Below the pieces are notes generated by a model. That model was not told the DNA's origin. It was given only the letters and a program-made list of their open reading frames with translations, and ran no database searches. The position numbers and the translations under genes are program-made. From positions 2,160,001-2,192,000 of the forward strand of contig NC_017080.1 of assembly GCF_000284115.1 (NCBI RefSeq): a DNA stretch of 32,000 bases. The letters are read 5' to 3'. This document shows positions 17,877-26,758 of the stretch, piece by piece; within the stretch, counting starts at the first letter, position 1, and every line of letters begins with the position of its first letter. The DNA comes from Phycisphaera mikurensis NBRC 102666 (GTDB lineage: Bacteria; Planctomycetota; Phycisphaerae; Phycisphaerales; Phycisphaeraceae).

Positions 17877-19559
17877 ACGCCGAACCGGCAGATCCGAAGC
17901 GATCCGCCCCTTCAGCGTCAGCGCCGACGCCGCCTCAATCTCCACCTCCGCCAGCGTGCCGATCAGCGACTCGGGACCCTCGAAGACCGCGATGAGGTCG
18001 CCGCCGGTGCGGCCGGACAGCTGCGTCAGCGGCTCCTCGGCGGCGGCCGCCGCCTGCGGCACCGGCTGCTTCGCCCGGGTCTCCCAGCCGAGCTCGACGC
18101 CGCCGACGCCCACGCCGGCCTGGGCCCGCGCGGCGGCCTTGGCGACCTTCGCAGAGACGCCCTCGACGAAGACCTCGAGGCGCTTGCCCACCTGCTCGGC
18201 GGAGATCTCCGCGGAGATGCCGTTCTGCAGATCGACCAGCTCTCGGTTGCGTCGCCGCTTCACCTCGGTGGGAACGTCGTCCTCCATGCGGTCGAACGCG
18301 GGCGTGCCGGGGCGGGGCGAGTACTTGAAGAGGAAGCTGTTCTTGAAGCGGGCCCAGCGCAGAAGCTCGAACGTCGCCTGGTGGTCTTCCTCGGTCTCGC
18401 CGGGGAAGCCGGTGATGACGTCCGTCGCCATCTGGGCGTCGGGCAGGAAGTGCCGCACCCGCTCCACCAGCTCGCGGAAGTGGGCGGCGCGGTAGCCGCG
18501 GTTCATGCGGGCGAGCACGCGGTCGCTCCCGCTCTGCACCGGCAGGTGCAGGTAGCGGCAGATCCGCGGCGAGTCGCGCATGACCGCGAGGATGTCGTCG
18601 CCGAAGTCGCGCGGGTAGCTGGTGACGAAGCGGAGCCGCCGGATGCCCGGCACCTCCTCGTGGATGCGGTGCAGCAGGTCGGCGAAGCTGACCGTCGTTC
18701 TCGAGAACACGGGCGAGGGCCCGCCCGTGCCCGCGTTCGGCGAGATCACGGTGCCCACCTGCGGCTGGACCACGCCCCCGACCGCGACGGCGGCGCCCCG
18801 GTCGAAGTGGTAGTGGTTCACCGTCTGCCCGAGCAGCGTCACCTCCAGCACCCCGGCGTCGGCGAGCTTCCTGCACTCCTCGACGATCGCGTCCGGCGGG
18901 CGGTGGACCTCCTCGCCGCGGGTGTGCGGGACGACGCAGTACGTGCACAGCTTGTTGCAGCCGCGGGTGATGCGGACGTAGGCCGACCTGCCGCCGGCCG
19001 AGGTGTCGTCCGCGGAGAAGGCGCGGGAGAGGTCGACCAGCTCCAGCGTGTCGGCGGCCGCGTCGAGGGTCTGCGTGCGCCGGTTCACGCCGCCGCCCCG
19101 CCCGCCCCGCAGCGCGGTGCGTCCTTCGACCGTGCGCGTCCTGCCCGGCGTCGTCCAAGCCGACCGCGTCTCCACCGACGTCCGCAGCTCGTTGTCGATC
19201 AGCGCCGGCACCCGATCCAGCTCGGCCGGCCCGCACATCAGGTTCACCTGCGGGTGCCGCCGGAGCAGGTCCTCCCCGTCGCGCTCGGCCATGCAGCCGA
19301 TCACGCCCACCACCACGTGCGGGTGCTCCCGCTTGTGCTGCCCCAGCAGCCCGATGCGTGACCAGACCTTGTTCTCCGCCACCTCCCGCACGCTGCAGGT
19401 GTTGAACAGCACCACGTCGGCGGACGCCCAGTCGTCGGTGAAGCCGTAGCCCAGGTCGCGCAGCTGGCCGGTGACCAGCTGGCTGTCGAGCACGTTCATC
19501 TGGCAGCCGAACGTCTCGAGGTAGACGCGGGGCCGTGAGGAGGAGGGCGCGGGCGGCAT
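17874..19559 (-). CDS. miaB: tRNA-2-methylthio-N6-dimethylallyladenosine synthase
   Basis: VYLETFGCQMNVLDSQ, FNTCSVRE, GVIGCMAERDG, YVRITRGCNKLCTYCVVPHTRG, FVTSYPRDF, DVITGFPGETEEDHQAT, TRAKQ near C-terminus. The longer ORF begins at 19607. Confidence 0.93.
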   Translation of the reverse strand: MPPAPSSSRPRVYLETFGCQMNVLDSQLVTGQLRDLGYGFTDDWASADVVLFNTCSVREVAENKVWSRIGLLGQHKREHPHVVVGVIGCMAERDGEDLLRRHPQVNLMCGPAELDRVPALIDNELRTSVETRSAWTTPGRTRTVEGRTALRGGRGGGVNRRTQTLDAAADTLELVDLSRAFSADDTSAGGRSAYVRITRGCNKLCTYCVVPHTRGEEVHRPPDAIVEECRKLADAGVLEVTLLGQTVNHYHFDRGAAVAVGGVVQPQVGTVISPNAGTGGPSPVFSRTTVSFADLLHRIHEEVPGIRRLRFVTSYPRDFGDDILAVMRDSPRICRYLHLPVQSGSDRVLARMNRGYRAAHFRELVERVRHFLPDAQMATDVITGFPGETEEDHQATFELLRWARFKNSFLFKYSPRPGTPAFDRMEDDVPTEVKRRRNRELVDLQNGISAEISAEQVGKRLEVFVEGVSAKVAKAAARAQAGVGVGGVELGWETRAKQPVPQAAAAAEEPLTQLSGRTGGDLIAVFEGPESLIGTLAEVEIEAASALTLKGRIASDLPVRR

Positions 19560-19706
19560 GGAGGGGCAAGGGTACGACGGGGCGGGGAGCAACCGGGAAG
19601 GAGCCATGGCGAGGACGGCGGCACGTCCCGCCGGCGGCGGGCGCGGCCGAGCCGCACCCGCTCCGCCCCGGCGCGTGCTCGCCCTCTCCTGCCTGCCTCG
19701 CCGCGG

Positions 19707-20939
19707 CTAGGCCGCCAGCGCGTCGAAGATCACGTTGCGGAACATCATCACCGCGTAGACCGCCACACACAGCGACGGCCCGTAGGGGATCACCCGCTTC
19801 TCGCCGGTCAGGACCCGCGAGATGCCGCCGGCTCCGAAGGCGACGAGCAGGCCCAGGAACGGGGCGACGAAGAAGGCGAGCGCGGCGTCGGCGGCGCCGA
19901 TGACCGCGCCCACCGCGGCCATCAGGTGCACGTCGCCGAGCCCCATCGCCTCCTTGCCGAAGAGCAGCGTGCCCAGGATGCGGACGAACCACACGACCGC
20001 GCCGCCGGCGAGGTAGCCCAGCAGCACGCCGCCGAGGCTGGCCGACCAAGCGGGCAGGAAGGCGGGGTCCGGGCCCGCGGCCGCCTCGCCCGCGAGCAGG
20101 CCGACGGCCGCGCCCGCGATCGGCGGCAGCACGAAGAGCACCTCTTTCAGCACCTCCCGCCGCGGGTGCGGGTGGGCGAGGAAGGCCTCGGGGTCCTCGC
20201 CCGGCAGCGCCGCGTCCTCTCCGCCGGGCTCCTCGGCGAAGGACAGCGGCAGGATCCCGCGCCGCAGCGCGAGCACGGCGAGGCCCAGCCCCGCCATGCC
20301 GCCCAGCGCCGCCCCGAGGCCGGCGTGCCCGACCGAGGGCACGAGGCTGCCGAAGGCGCCCTCGGGGTTGAGCGTGGGCTCGGCCGTGAGCCCCAGCGCG
20401 AAGGACAGCGGCATCGCCAGCGCCACCAGCGACGCCACCCAGGTGATGCCCAGCGGGATGATGTAGAGCTTCGCGTCGATCAGGCTCGCGGCGAGCATCG
20501 CCGCCACGAGCGTGAGGTGGACGCCGAGGATCGGCCACGTCAGGGCGACCCCGAAGACGGCGAAGGGCGGCCGCAGCTCGGTGAAGTAGTACGCGTACGT
20601 CAGCACGCCGAACAGCAGCGCCGTGGCCGCCTCCACCAGCGGGTACTGCGGGCTGATCTTCATCTTGCAGGTGCGGCACCGCCCCCGCAGCCACAGCCAG
20701 CCGAGCACCGGGACGTTGTCGAACCACGCGAGCCGCTGCTCGCACCCGGGGCAGCGCGAAGGCGGCGAGACGACGCTCATGCCCTCGGGCACCCGGTACA
20801 CGACGACGTTCAGGAAGCTTCCGACGCAGGCGCCCCAGAGGACCGCGAGCACGAGCGCGAACGCTTCCGCCGGCACGCCCCCGCCACCGGAGAGCGGGTC
20901 CGCCGGCACCGCCTGGGCGAGCATGGCGAGCCCGCTCAA
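19707..20939 (-). CDS. Prepilin peptidase (A24 family, leader peptidase/N-methyltransferase)
   Basis: [94 protein letters not shown] start at 20939 or ATG at 20924. Confidence 0.9.
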   Translation of the reverse strand: MSGLAMLAQAVPADPLSGGGGVPAEAFALVLAVLWGACVGSFLNVVVYRVPEGMSVVSPPSRCPGCEQRLAWFDNVPVLGWLWLRGRCRTCKMKISPQYPLVEAATALLFGVLTYAYYFTELRPPFAVFGVALTWPILGVHLTLVAAMLAASLIDAKLYIIPLGITWVASLVALAMPLSFALGLTAEPTLNPEGAFGSLVPSVGHAGLGAALGGMAGLGLAVLALRRGILPLSFAEEPGGEDAALPGEDPEAFLAHPHPRREVLKEVLFVLPPIAGAAVGLLAGEAAAGPDPAFLPAWSASLGGVLLGYLAGGAVVWFVRILGTLLFGKEAMGLGDVHLMAAVGAVIGAADAALAFFVAPFLGLLVAFGAGGISRVLTGEKRVIPYGPSLCVAVYAVMMFRNVIFDALAA

Positions 20940-21184
20940 GCGTCGCCCTCGGCGACGCGAGCCGGGCCGCCGGCGTCGATCACCAGCTCGGCCATCCGCG
21001 TTTCGGCGGTGTCGAGCACGTCTCGGCACCGCTGGATGAGCGCGGTGCCCGCGGCGTAGTCGCGGAGGGCGTCCTCGAGCGAGGTCTCGCCCGACTCCAC
21101 ACGCTCGATGAGGCCCTCGAGCGCCGTGAGCGCCTGCTCGAAGGGCATCGCTTCCACGTCGGCGGTCTCGGCGGGATCCGGCAC
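20936..21184 (-). CDS. xseB: Exodeoxyribonuclease VII small subunit
   Basis: [52 protein letters not shown]; classic XseB pattern. Confidence 0.88.
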   Translation of the reverse strand: MPDPAETADVEAMPFEQALTALEGLIERVESGETSLEDALRDYAAGTALIQRCRDVLDTAETRMAELVIDAGGPARVAEGDA

Positions 21185-21249
21185 CCTCGGAGCGTACCCG
21201 CCGCGCCTTCTGGTAGAACCGCGGCCCGCGCGTCCCTCGGAACCCGACC

Positions 21250-22092
21250 ATGTTCGCCCAGCTGGAGCTTCTCTGGGCCCGGCTGGGCGTCTACTTCCGC
21301 GAGGGCTGGTACTACGTGCTCATCGAGCTCGCGGTGATCTGGGTGGTCGTCTACCTGATCTTCCGCTTCCTCCGCGGCACCCGCGGGGCCCGCGTCGTGA
21401 AGGGCGCGGCGCTGATCCTCATCAGCGGCACGCTGGCCGTGCAGGTGCTCGGCGGCGACGAGAAGCTCGCCCGGCTGAACTTCCTCTACTCCAACTTCCT
21501 GGCCTTCGCCTCGGTGATGCTGGTGATCGTCTTCCAGCCGGAGCTGCGACGCGCGCTCGTCCGCCTCGGCGAGGCCCGGCTCTTCCGCTCCAGCGGCCTG
21601 CGGCGTGCCCGTGTGGTGGACGAGCTGCTCGCCTCGATTGCCTACCTGGCCCGGCACAAGGTCGGGGCGCTGGTCGCCATCGAGCGGCAGGTCGGGCTCG
21701 GCGGCGTGATCGAGGCCGGCGTGCGGATCGACGCCGAGGTGACCAAGGAGCTGCTGAACACGGTGTTCTGGCCGGGCAGCGCCCTGCACGACATGGGCGT
21801 TGTGCTCCGCGGCGACCGCCTCGTCTCCGCCGGCGTGCAGTTCCCGCTCGCCGACGGCGACGCCCTCCCGCAGGAGCTCGGCTCCCGGCACCGGGCGGCG
21901 CTGGGGCTGAGCCAGGAGTGCGACGCGCTCGTCGTCGTGGTCAGCGAGGAGACCGGTACGATCAGCCTCGCCGAGCGTGGACGCCTCGACCGCGAGCTGA
22001 CCGTCGAGGAGCTGCGGAGCCGGATCTCCAGGGGCATCGCGAAGGTCCCGCTGAACCCCTCGACCGAGACCGACACCGAACCCGCCGAGTGA
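21250..22092 (+). CDS. cdaA: Diadenylate cyclase (CdaA/DisA_N domain)
   Basis: Three N-terminal TM segments; [77 protein letters not shown]. Confidence 0.88.
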   Translation: MFAQLELLWARLGVYFREGWYYVLIELAVIWVVVYLIFRFLRGTRGARVVKGAALILISGTLAVQVLGGDEKLARLNFLYSNFLAFASVMLVIVFQPELRRALVRLGEARLFRSSGLRRARVVDELLASIAYLARHKVGALVAIERQVGLGGVIEAGVRIDAEVTKELLNTVFWPGSALHDMGVVLRGDRLVSAGVQFPLADGDALPQELGSRHRAALGLSQECDALVVVVSEETGTISLAERGRLDRELTVEELRSRISRGIAKVPLNPSTETDTEPAE

Positions 22093-22209
22093 CCCAGCGC
22101 CCGCAGGCCGGGCACTCGCCCCGGCGTGGAGGACGCGGATCGGCGGCGTGGGGACCGGCGGCGTCGCCCGCCCGCCCGCCCGAGCCGCCGGCGACCGCCA
22201 CGCCTCCGC

Positions 22210-22410
22210 TCACTCCTCGAACAGCGGCGTCCCCGGCGCCTCCACGTCCAGCTTGATGCCCGTGCAGGGCCGACCGTCGCGGGTGGCCAGCCGCAGGTGG
22301 CCGGGGGCGATGTCGCGGCCGTTGTCCTTGATGAAGGTCGCGACGGCGGTGATCAGGTCGGTTTCATCGAGCTCGAAGTGGCGGTCGTAGCGGTCGGTGG
22401 ATGAGGTCAT
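22210..22410 (-). CDS. Small hypothetical protein (66 aa)
   Basis: MTSSTDRYDRHFELDETDLITAVATFIKDNGRDIAPGHLRLATRDGRPCTGIKLDVEAPGTPLFEE; good codon pattern, isolated between cdaA and proA. Confidence 0.65.
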   Translation of the reverse strand: MTSSTDRYDRHFELDETDLITAVATFIKDNGRDIAPGHLRLATRDGRPCTGIKLDVEAPGTPLFEE

Positions 22411-22516
22411 CGGGGTCTCCGGGTCCGGGTGGGGTGTGCCGGTCGAAGTTAGGATGATGATCGGACGCCGGCAACCCCGCCGGTTCTCCACCGCGGCCCA
22501 GCATTACGCTTGATCC

Positions 22517-23815
22517 ATGACCGCCGCCGCCACCGACGAAGCCACGCAGGACGTGCCGGCCCACTGCCAGGATCTCGCCGCCGCCGCCCGCGCCGCCGGC
22601 CACGCGATGGCCACCGCGCCCGGCCGCCAGCGCAACGCCGCGCTGCACGCGATCGCCGCCGCCCTCCGCGCCCGGACCCCCGAGCTGCTGGCGGCGAACG
22701 AGGAAGACCTCGCCGCCGCCGAAGGCAACGGCCTCTCCGACGCGATGATCGACCGGCTCCGCCTCACCGGCCCGCGGATCGAGCGCATCGCCGAGGCCGT
22801 CGACGCCATCGCCGCCCAGCCCGATCCCGTCGGCCGCATCCTCGAGGGCCGCGTGCTCGACAACGGCATCCGCCTCTCGAGAGTCCGGGTTCCGCTGGGC
22901 GTGGTCTTCATCGTCTTCGAGAGCCGGCCCAACGTGACGGCCGACGCGGCGGCGCTGTGCCTGAAGTCCGGCAACGCCGCGATCCTCCGCGGCGGCAAGG
23001 AGGCCGCCCACAGCAACCGAGCGATCCACGCCTGCGTCGCCGCCGGGCTCGGCGCCGCCGGCCTGCCCGCCGCCGCCGTGCAGCTGGTCGGCACCCCCGA
23101 CCGGGCCGCGGTGACGGAGCTGCTCAAGCTCGACGGCCTCATCGACGTGTGCATCCCGCGCGGCGGCGAGTCGCTCATCCGAGCCGTCGTCGAGCAGAGC
23201 CGCATCCCGGTCATCAAGCACTACACCGGCAACTGCCACGTGTACGTCGATGCCTCCGCCGACCCGGACATGGCCGAGGCGATCTGCCTCAACGCCAAGA
23301 CGCAGCGCACCGGCGTGTGCAACGCGGCCGAGACGATCCTCTTCCACGAGGCGACGCTCCGAAGCGGCCTCGCCGGCCGCGTCGTGGCCGCCCTGCTCGA
23401 CGCCGGGGTCGAGCTGCACGCCGGCGATCGCCTCCTCGACGCCACCCCCGCCCACCCGCGGCTCCGCCCCGCCACCGCCGCGGACTGGGCCGAGGAGTAT
23501 CTCTCCATGGAGTGCGCGGTGGAGGTCGTCGCTTCGCTGGACGAAGCGACCGACCACATCAACCGGTGGGGCAGCCGCCACACCGACGCGATCGTGACCG
23601 GCGACCTCGCCGCCGCCGACCGCTTCGTCGCCCGCGTCGACACCGCCAACGCCATGGTCAACTGCTCCACGCGCTTCAGCGACGGCCAGCAGTACGGGCT
23701 GGGCGCGGAGATCGGGATCAGCACCGACAAGCTGCACGCGCGGGGGCCGATGGGGGCGGAGGATTTGACGACGTATCAGTGGGTGGCGCGGGGGGATGGG
23801 CAGGTGCGGAGTTGA
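22517..23815 (+). CDS. proA: Gamma-glutamyl phosphate reductase
   Basis: VPLGVVFIVFESRPNVTADAAALCLKSGNAAILRGGKEA, VIKHYTGNCHVYVD, NAKTQRTGVCNAAETILFH, NCSTRFSDGQQYGLGAEIGISTDKLHARGPMG. Confidence 0.95.
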   Translation: MTAAATDEATQDVPAHCQDLAAAARAAGHAMATAPGRQRNAALHAIAAALRARTPELLAANEEDLAAAEGNGLSDAMIDRLRLTGPRIERIAEAVDAIAAQPDPVGRILEGRVLDNGIRLSRVRVPLGVVFIVFESRPNVTADAAALCLKSGNAAILRGGKEAAHSNRAIHACVAAGLGAAGLPAAAVQLVGTPDRAAVTELLKLDGLIDVCIPRGGESLIRAVVEQSRIPVIKHYTGNCHVYVDASADPDMAEAICLNAKTQRTGVCNAAETILFHEATLRSGLAGRVVAALLDAGVELHAGDRLLDATPAHPRLRPATAADWAEEYLSMECAVEVVASLDEATDHINRWGSRHTDAIVTGDLAAADRFVARVDTANAMVNCSTRFSDGQQYGLGAEIGISTDKLHARGPMGAEDLTTYQWVARGDGQVRS

Positions 23816-23819
23816 CGTG

Positions 23820-23957
23820 CGAGCGAAGAAGCGGGGAAGCGAAGAAGCGAAGAAGTCGGCACGACCCGGAACGGTCTCGCGGTCCGGAGGCGGTCGGCGT
23901 AGCCGCCGCGTGCCTGTCTGACTTCCCCGCTTCTTCGCTTCTTCGCTTCTTCGCTTG
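23820..23957. repeat. Inverted octamer-repeat element between proA and rarA
   Basis: Purine arm gagcgaagaagcggggaagcgaagaagcgaagaagt (about 23821-23855) and opposed pyrimidine arm acttccccgcttcttcgcttcttcgcttcttcgctt (about 23921-23956) around a centre bounded by GGCACG ... CGTGCC. Confidence 0.8.
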
Positions 23958-23975
23958 ATCCGCAGAGCGGATGCC

Positions 23976-25337
23976 ATGCAAGATCTCTTCGCCGATCGCC
24001 GCCAGCAGAAACGCGACGCCGCCGCGCCGCTGGCGGTGCGGATGCGGCCGCGCACGCTCGACGCGTACGCGGGGCAGAAGCACCTGCTCGGCCCCGGCGA
24101 GCCGCTGGCGCGGCTGATCGCGGCGGACCGGCTCGGCAGCGTGCTCCTGTACGGGCCGCCGGGCACCGGGAAGACCACGCTGGCGGAGCTGATCGCGCGC
24201 CGCACCGACGCCGTCTTCGTGCGCGGCCACGCGGCGTCGGCGGGCGTGAAGGAGGTGCGCCAGGTGCTCGACGCGGCGCGGCAGCGGCTGGAGCTCGACG
24301 GCCACCGGACCGTTTACTTCCTCGACGAGGTGCACCGCTTCAGCAAGAGCCAGCAGGACGTGCTGCTCGAGGACGTGGAGCGGGGCGTCGTCACGCTGAT
24401 CGGCGCGACCACCGAGAACCCGATGTACGCGGTCAACGCCGCGCTCGTCTCGCGGAGCCAGATCTTCGCGCTCGAGCCGCTGTCCGAGCGGGACGTCGCC
24501 GGCGTGCTGCGGCGGGCGGTGGCCGACGAGGACAACGGCTACGGCGGGCAGGGCGTGACACTCGACCAGGACGCGCTCGCCTTCCTGGCCCGGGCCAGCG
24601 ACGGCGACGCGCGGAGAGCCCTCAACGCGCTGGAGGTCGCGGTGCTCTCCGAGCGTCACGCGGCGGAGGAAGGATCCGCGGACCGCGGGCCCGGGGACGC
24701 CGAAACCGCACCGGTCCGCGGGTTCCCGCCCGTGCGCGTCACGCTCGGAGCCGCCGAGAAGTCGCTGCAGCGGAAGGCGCTCGCGTACGACCGCGCCGGC
24801 ACCGAGCATCACGACACCATCTCCGCCTTCATCAAGAGCGTCCGCGGCAGCGACCCCGACGCGGCGCTCTATTGGCTCGCGAAGATGATCGTCGCCGGCG
24901 AAGACCCGCGCTTCCTCGCCCGCCGCATCGCCATCCTCGCCAGCGAGGACGTCGGAAACGCCGACCCGCGCGGGATCCTCGTCGCCGCCGCCTGCTTCGA
25001 CGTCGTCGAGCGGATCGGCATGCCCGAGGCCCGGATCACGCTCGCCCAGGCCACCGTCTACCTCGCCACCGCGCCCAAGAGCAACGCCAGCTACGCCGCC
25101 ATCAACGCCGCCATCGCCGACGTCGAAGCCAACCGCACGCAGCCCGTGCCCACCGCGCTGCGTTCCGCCCGCAACCGCAAGAGCGGCGACTACAAGTACG
25201 CCCACGCCGCCGAGGGCGGCGTGAGCGACGAGACGTACCTCGGCGTGCCGACGACCTTCTACACCCCCACCGACCGCGGCCACGAGGTGCGGATCGCGGC
25301 GTACCTGCAGTGGGTGAAGGAGCGCCGCGGCGCGTGA
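23976..25337 (+). CDS. rarA: Replication-associated recombination protein A (MgsA/RarA, AAA+)
   Basis: MRPRTLDAYAGQKHLLGPGEPL, VLLYGPPGTGKTTLAELIA, VYFLDEVHRFSKSQQDVLLEDVERG, TLIGATTENP, RASDGDARRALNALE, IRGSDPD-like KSVRGSDPDAALYWLAKM. Confidence 0.94.
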   Translation: MQDLFADRRQQKRDAAAPLAVRMRPRTLDAYAGQKHLLGPGEPLARLIAADRLGSVLLYGPPGTGKTTLAELIARRTDAVFVRGHAASAGVKEVRQVLDAARQRLELDGHRTVYFLDEVHRFSKSQQDVLLEDVERGVVTLIGATTENPMYAVNAALVSRSQIFALEPLSERDVAGVLRRAVADEDNGYGGQGVTLDQDALAFLARASDGDARRALNALEVAVLSERHAAEEGSADRGPGDAETAPVRGFPPVRVTLGAAEKSLQRKALAYDRAGTEHHDTISAFIKSVRGSDPDAALYWLAKMIVAGEDPRFLARRIAILASEDVGNADPRGILVAAACFDVVERIGMPEARITLAQATVYLATAPKSNASYAAINAAIADVEANRTQPVPTALRSARNRKSGDYKYAHAAEGGVSDETYLGVPTTFYTPTDRGHEVRIAAYLQWVKERRGA

Positions 25338-25364
25338 GCACAAACCGGATCGGCCCGGGCCGGT

Positions 25365-25475
25365 CAGGGCCGGACCGCCACGCGGTCCGGAACTCCGGCG
25401 CAGCCGGAGGCGTCCCGCCGACCCACGAAACACCGCCTGCTGGCGCAGGCGTTCCGGGCTGCGTGGCAGCCCGGC
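25365..25475 (+). repeat. RAYT-flanking multi-hairpin repeat, copy 1
   Basis: Hairpins CCGGACCGC-CAC-GCGGTCCGG, CTCCGGC-GCA-GCCGGAG, CGCCTGC-TGGC-GCAGGCG and GGGCTGC-GTG-GCAGCCC in series; first 41 nt identical to copy 2. Confidence 0.88.
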
Positions 25476-25509
25476 CCTTGCGTCCGTGGTAGGAGTTGCA
25501 GAACCACGC

Positions 25510-26010
25510 TCAGCCGCTGGAGACCGGCGACCGCCAGCCGCGGGCGTGGTCCCACAGCCAGCCGCCGTGCTGCGGGAGGTATTGCTCCCGGAAGAAGTCG
25601 AAGCCGTCTGCGTTCAACACCCGCCGCAGGTTTCCGCCTTCGGACAGAAAGGGAAGCGGCTCTCCCGCCTCCCTGAGTGCGGTGGAGACGGAGCGTTTGA
25701 TCGAGCGGCGGATGGAGGGCGCGGGCCGCTCGTCGCTCCATCCGACCAGCGGGTGGAGGTGAGTCAAGGAGCTCCCGATCGTCCAGACCTTCAACCGCAG
25801 CGGAGACGCCGAGGCAAGGATCGCCTCACCCGCGAGCCGCTGAACACGCGGCGAGAAGCGACGCTCCGGGTGCTTTATCGACAGCCGCTGCCACCGGCCC
25901 AGACGCGGAGCCGGAGGCTGCGTTTGCTTCTTGCGCCGATCGGTCCACCCCTCCTCCTTGTCGGCAAGCCAGGTCCCGTACGCGTGGAGGGTCAGCAAGA
26001 AGCGGGGCAT
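25510..26010 (-). CDS. Y1/HUH transposase-like protein (REP-associated tyrosine transposase-like, RAYT)
   Basis: 166 aa; LTLHAYGTWLADKEEGWTDR N-terminus, candidate HxH metal motif in SLTHLHPLVGW, and candidate catalytic Tyr in FFREQYLPQHGG; flanked by palindromic repeats. Confidence 0.68.
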   Translation of the reverse strand: MPRFLLTLHAYGTWLADKEEGWTDRRKKQTQPPAPRLGRWQRLSIKHPERRFSPRVQRLAGEAILASASPLRLKVWTIGSSLTHLHPLVGWSDERPAPSIRRSIKRSVSTALREAGEPLPFLSEGGNLRRVLNADGFDFFREQYLPQHGGWLWDHARGWRSPVSSG

Positions 26011-26047
26011 ACTTCGAGAGTACCGAACACCAACCAGATCTTTAGCG

Positions 26048-26158
26048 CAGGGCCGGACCGCCACGCGGTCCGGAACTCCGGCGCAGCCTGAGGTGTCTCG
26101 CCGACTCCCGAGACCCCGCCTGCTGGCGCAGGCGTTCCGGGCTGTGTGGCATCCCGAC
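26048..26158 (+). repeat. RAYT-flanking multi-hairpin repeat, copy 2
   Basis: Same orientation and order as copy 1; 26048-26088 identical to 25365-25405. Later hairpins are partly decayed (GGGCTGTGTGGCATCCC). Confidence 0.88.
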
Positions 26159-26170
26159 CCTGCTCGGCCT

Positions 26171-26446
26171 TCAGTCCGACCCCTCCCCCGCCCGGTGTTC
26201 GAACTTCGGGATGTCATCCGCCGGCATCTCGTCGGCTCTCGCCTCCGCCGGCGGCTCCTCCACGGGGGCGATCGAAGCGAGCGGGACCCCGCGGGTGGCG
26301 TCCTCCATCTCAAGCGTGAGGAAGAGGCCGTCGGAGGCGATTGCCCGCCCGTCCATGAAGCCGAGCCTGGCCGCGGGCGTGCCGCGGATCGAGACGTCTT
26401 CGGCCCGGCGGAACCCCACGCGGACGCTGCGGTCGAGGGAGGGCAT
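26171..26446 (-). CDS. Hypothetical secreted/periplasmic protein; true start probably further upstream (about 26584)
   Basis: MPSLDRSVRVGFRRAEDVSIRGTPAARLGFMDGRAIASDGLFLTLEMEDATRGVPLASIAPVEEPPAEARADEMPADDIPKFEHRAGEGSD; upstream in frame KKSFLPACLLVAAAAAALPVHLGDGREAQAA looks like a signal peptide but has no ATG/GTG/TTG. Confidence 0.45.
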   Translation of the reverse strand: MPSLDRSVRVGFRRAEDVSIRGTPAARLGFMDGRAIASDGLFLTLEMEDATRGVPLASIAPVEEPPAEARADEMPADDIPKFEHRAGEGSD

Positions 26447-26758
26447 CGCCGCAGGATCCGGGTTCGCGGCCGTCGGCGCCGCGGGCGTCGCGGCTTGAGC
26501 TTCGCGGCCATCGCCGAGATGGACGGGCAGCGCGGCCGCGGCGGCGGCGACGAGCAGGCATGCGGGCAGGAACGACTTCTTCCACGACGAGCTTCCCGGG
26601 CGGCAACAGGGGCAGACGGTGCCCGGTGGTGGCGCGATGCGGAGGATCCAGCGATCGCTCGGGCGAGCCGGACCGGCATCCTGGACCGCGGCCGGATCGG
26701 GTGGGCGCCGGCAGGCCCGTATCCTCGCGTGCAGCGACCGCACCCCGCGCAGCCCGCC

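Noticed and set aside
17935-20745. 936-aa minus-strand ORF spanning miaB and the prepilin peptidase
   Set aside because: Out-of-frame shadow of two confidently identified genes; Arg/Ala/Gly-rich with no family features.
22411-22516. Possible riboswitch or leader between the small ORF and proA
   Set aside because: No recognisable conserved core or terminator/antiterminator pair.
25931-26758. 5' extension of the L,D-transpeptidase ORF upstream of 26759
   Set aside because: Low-complexity translation overlapping the RAYT gene start, repeat copy 2 and an opposing gene; ATG at 26759 gives a sensible N-terminus with a TM segment.
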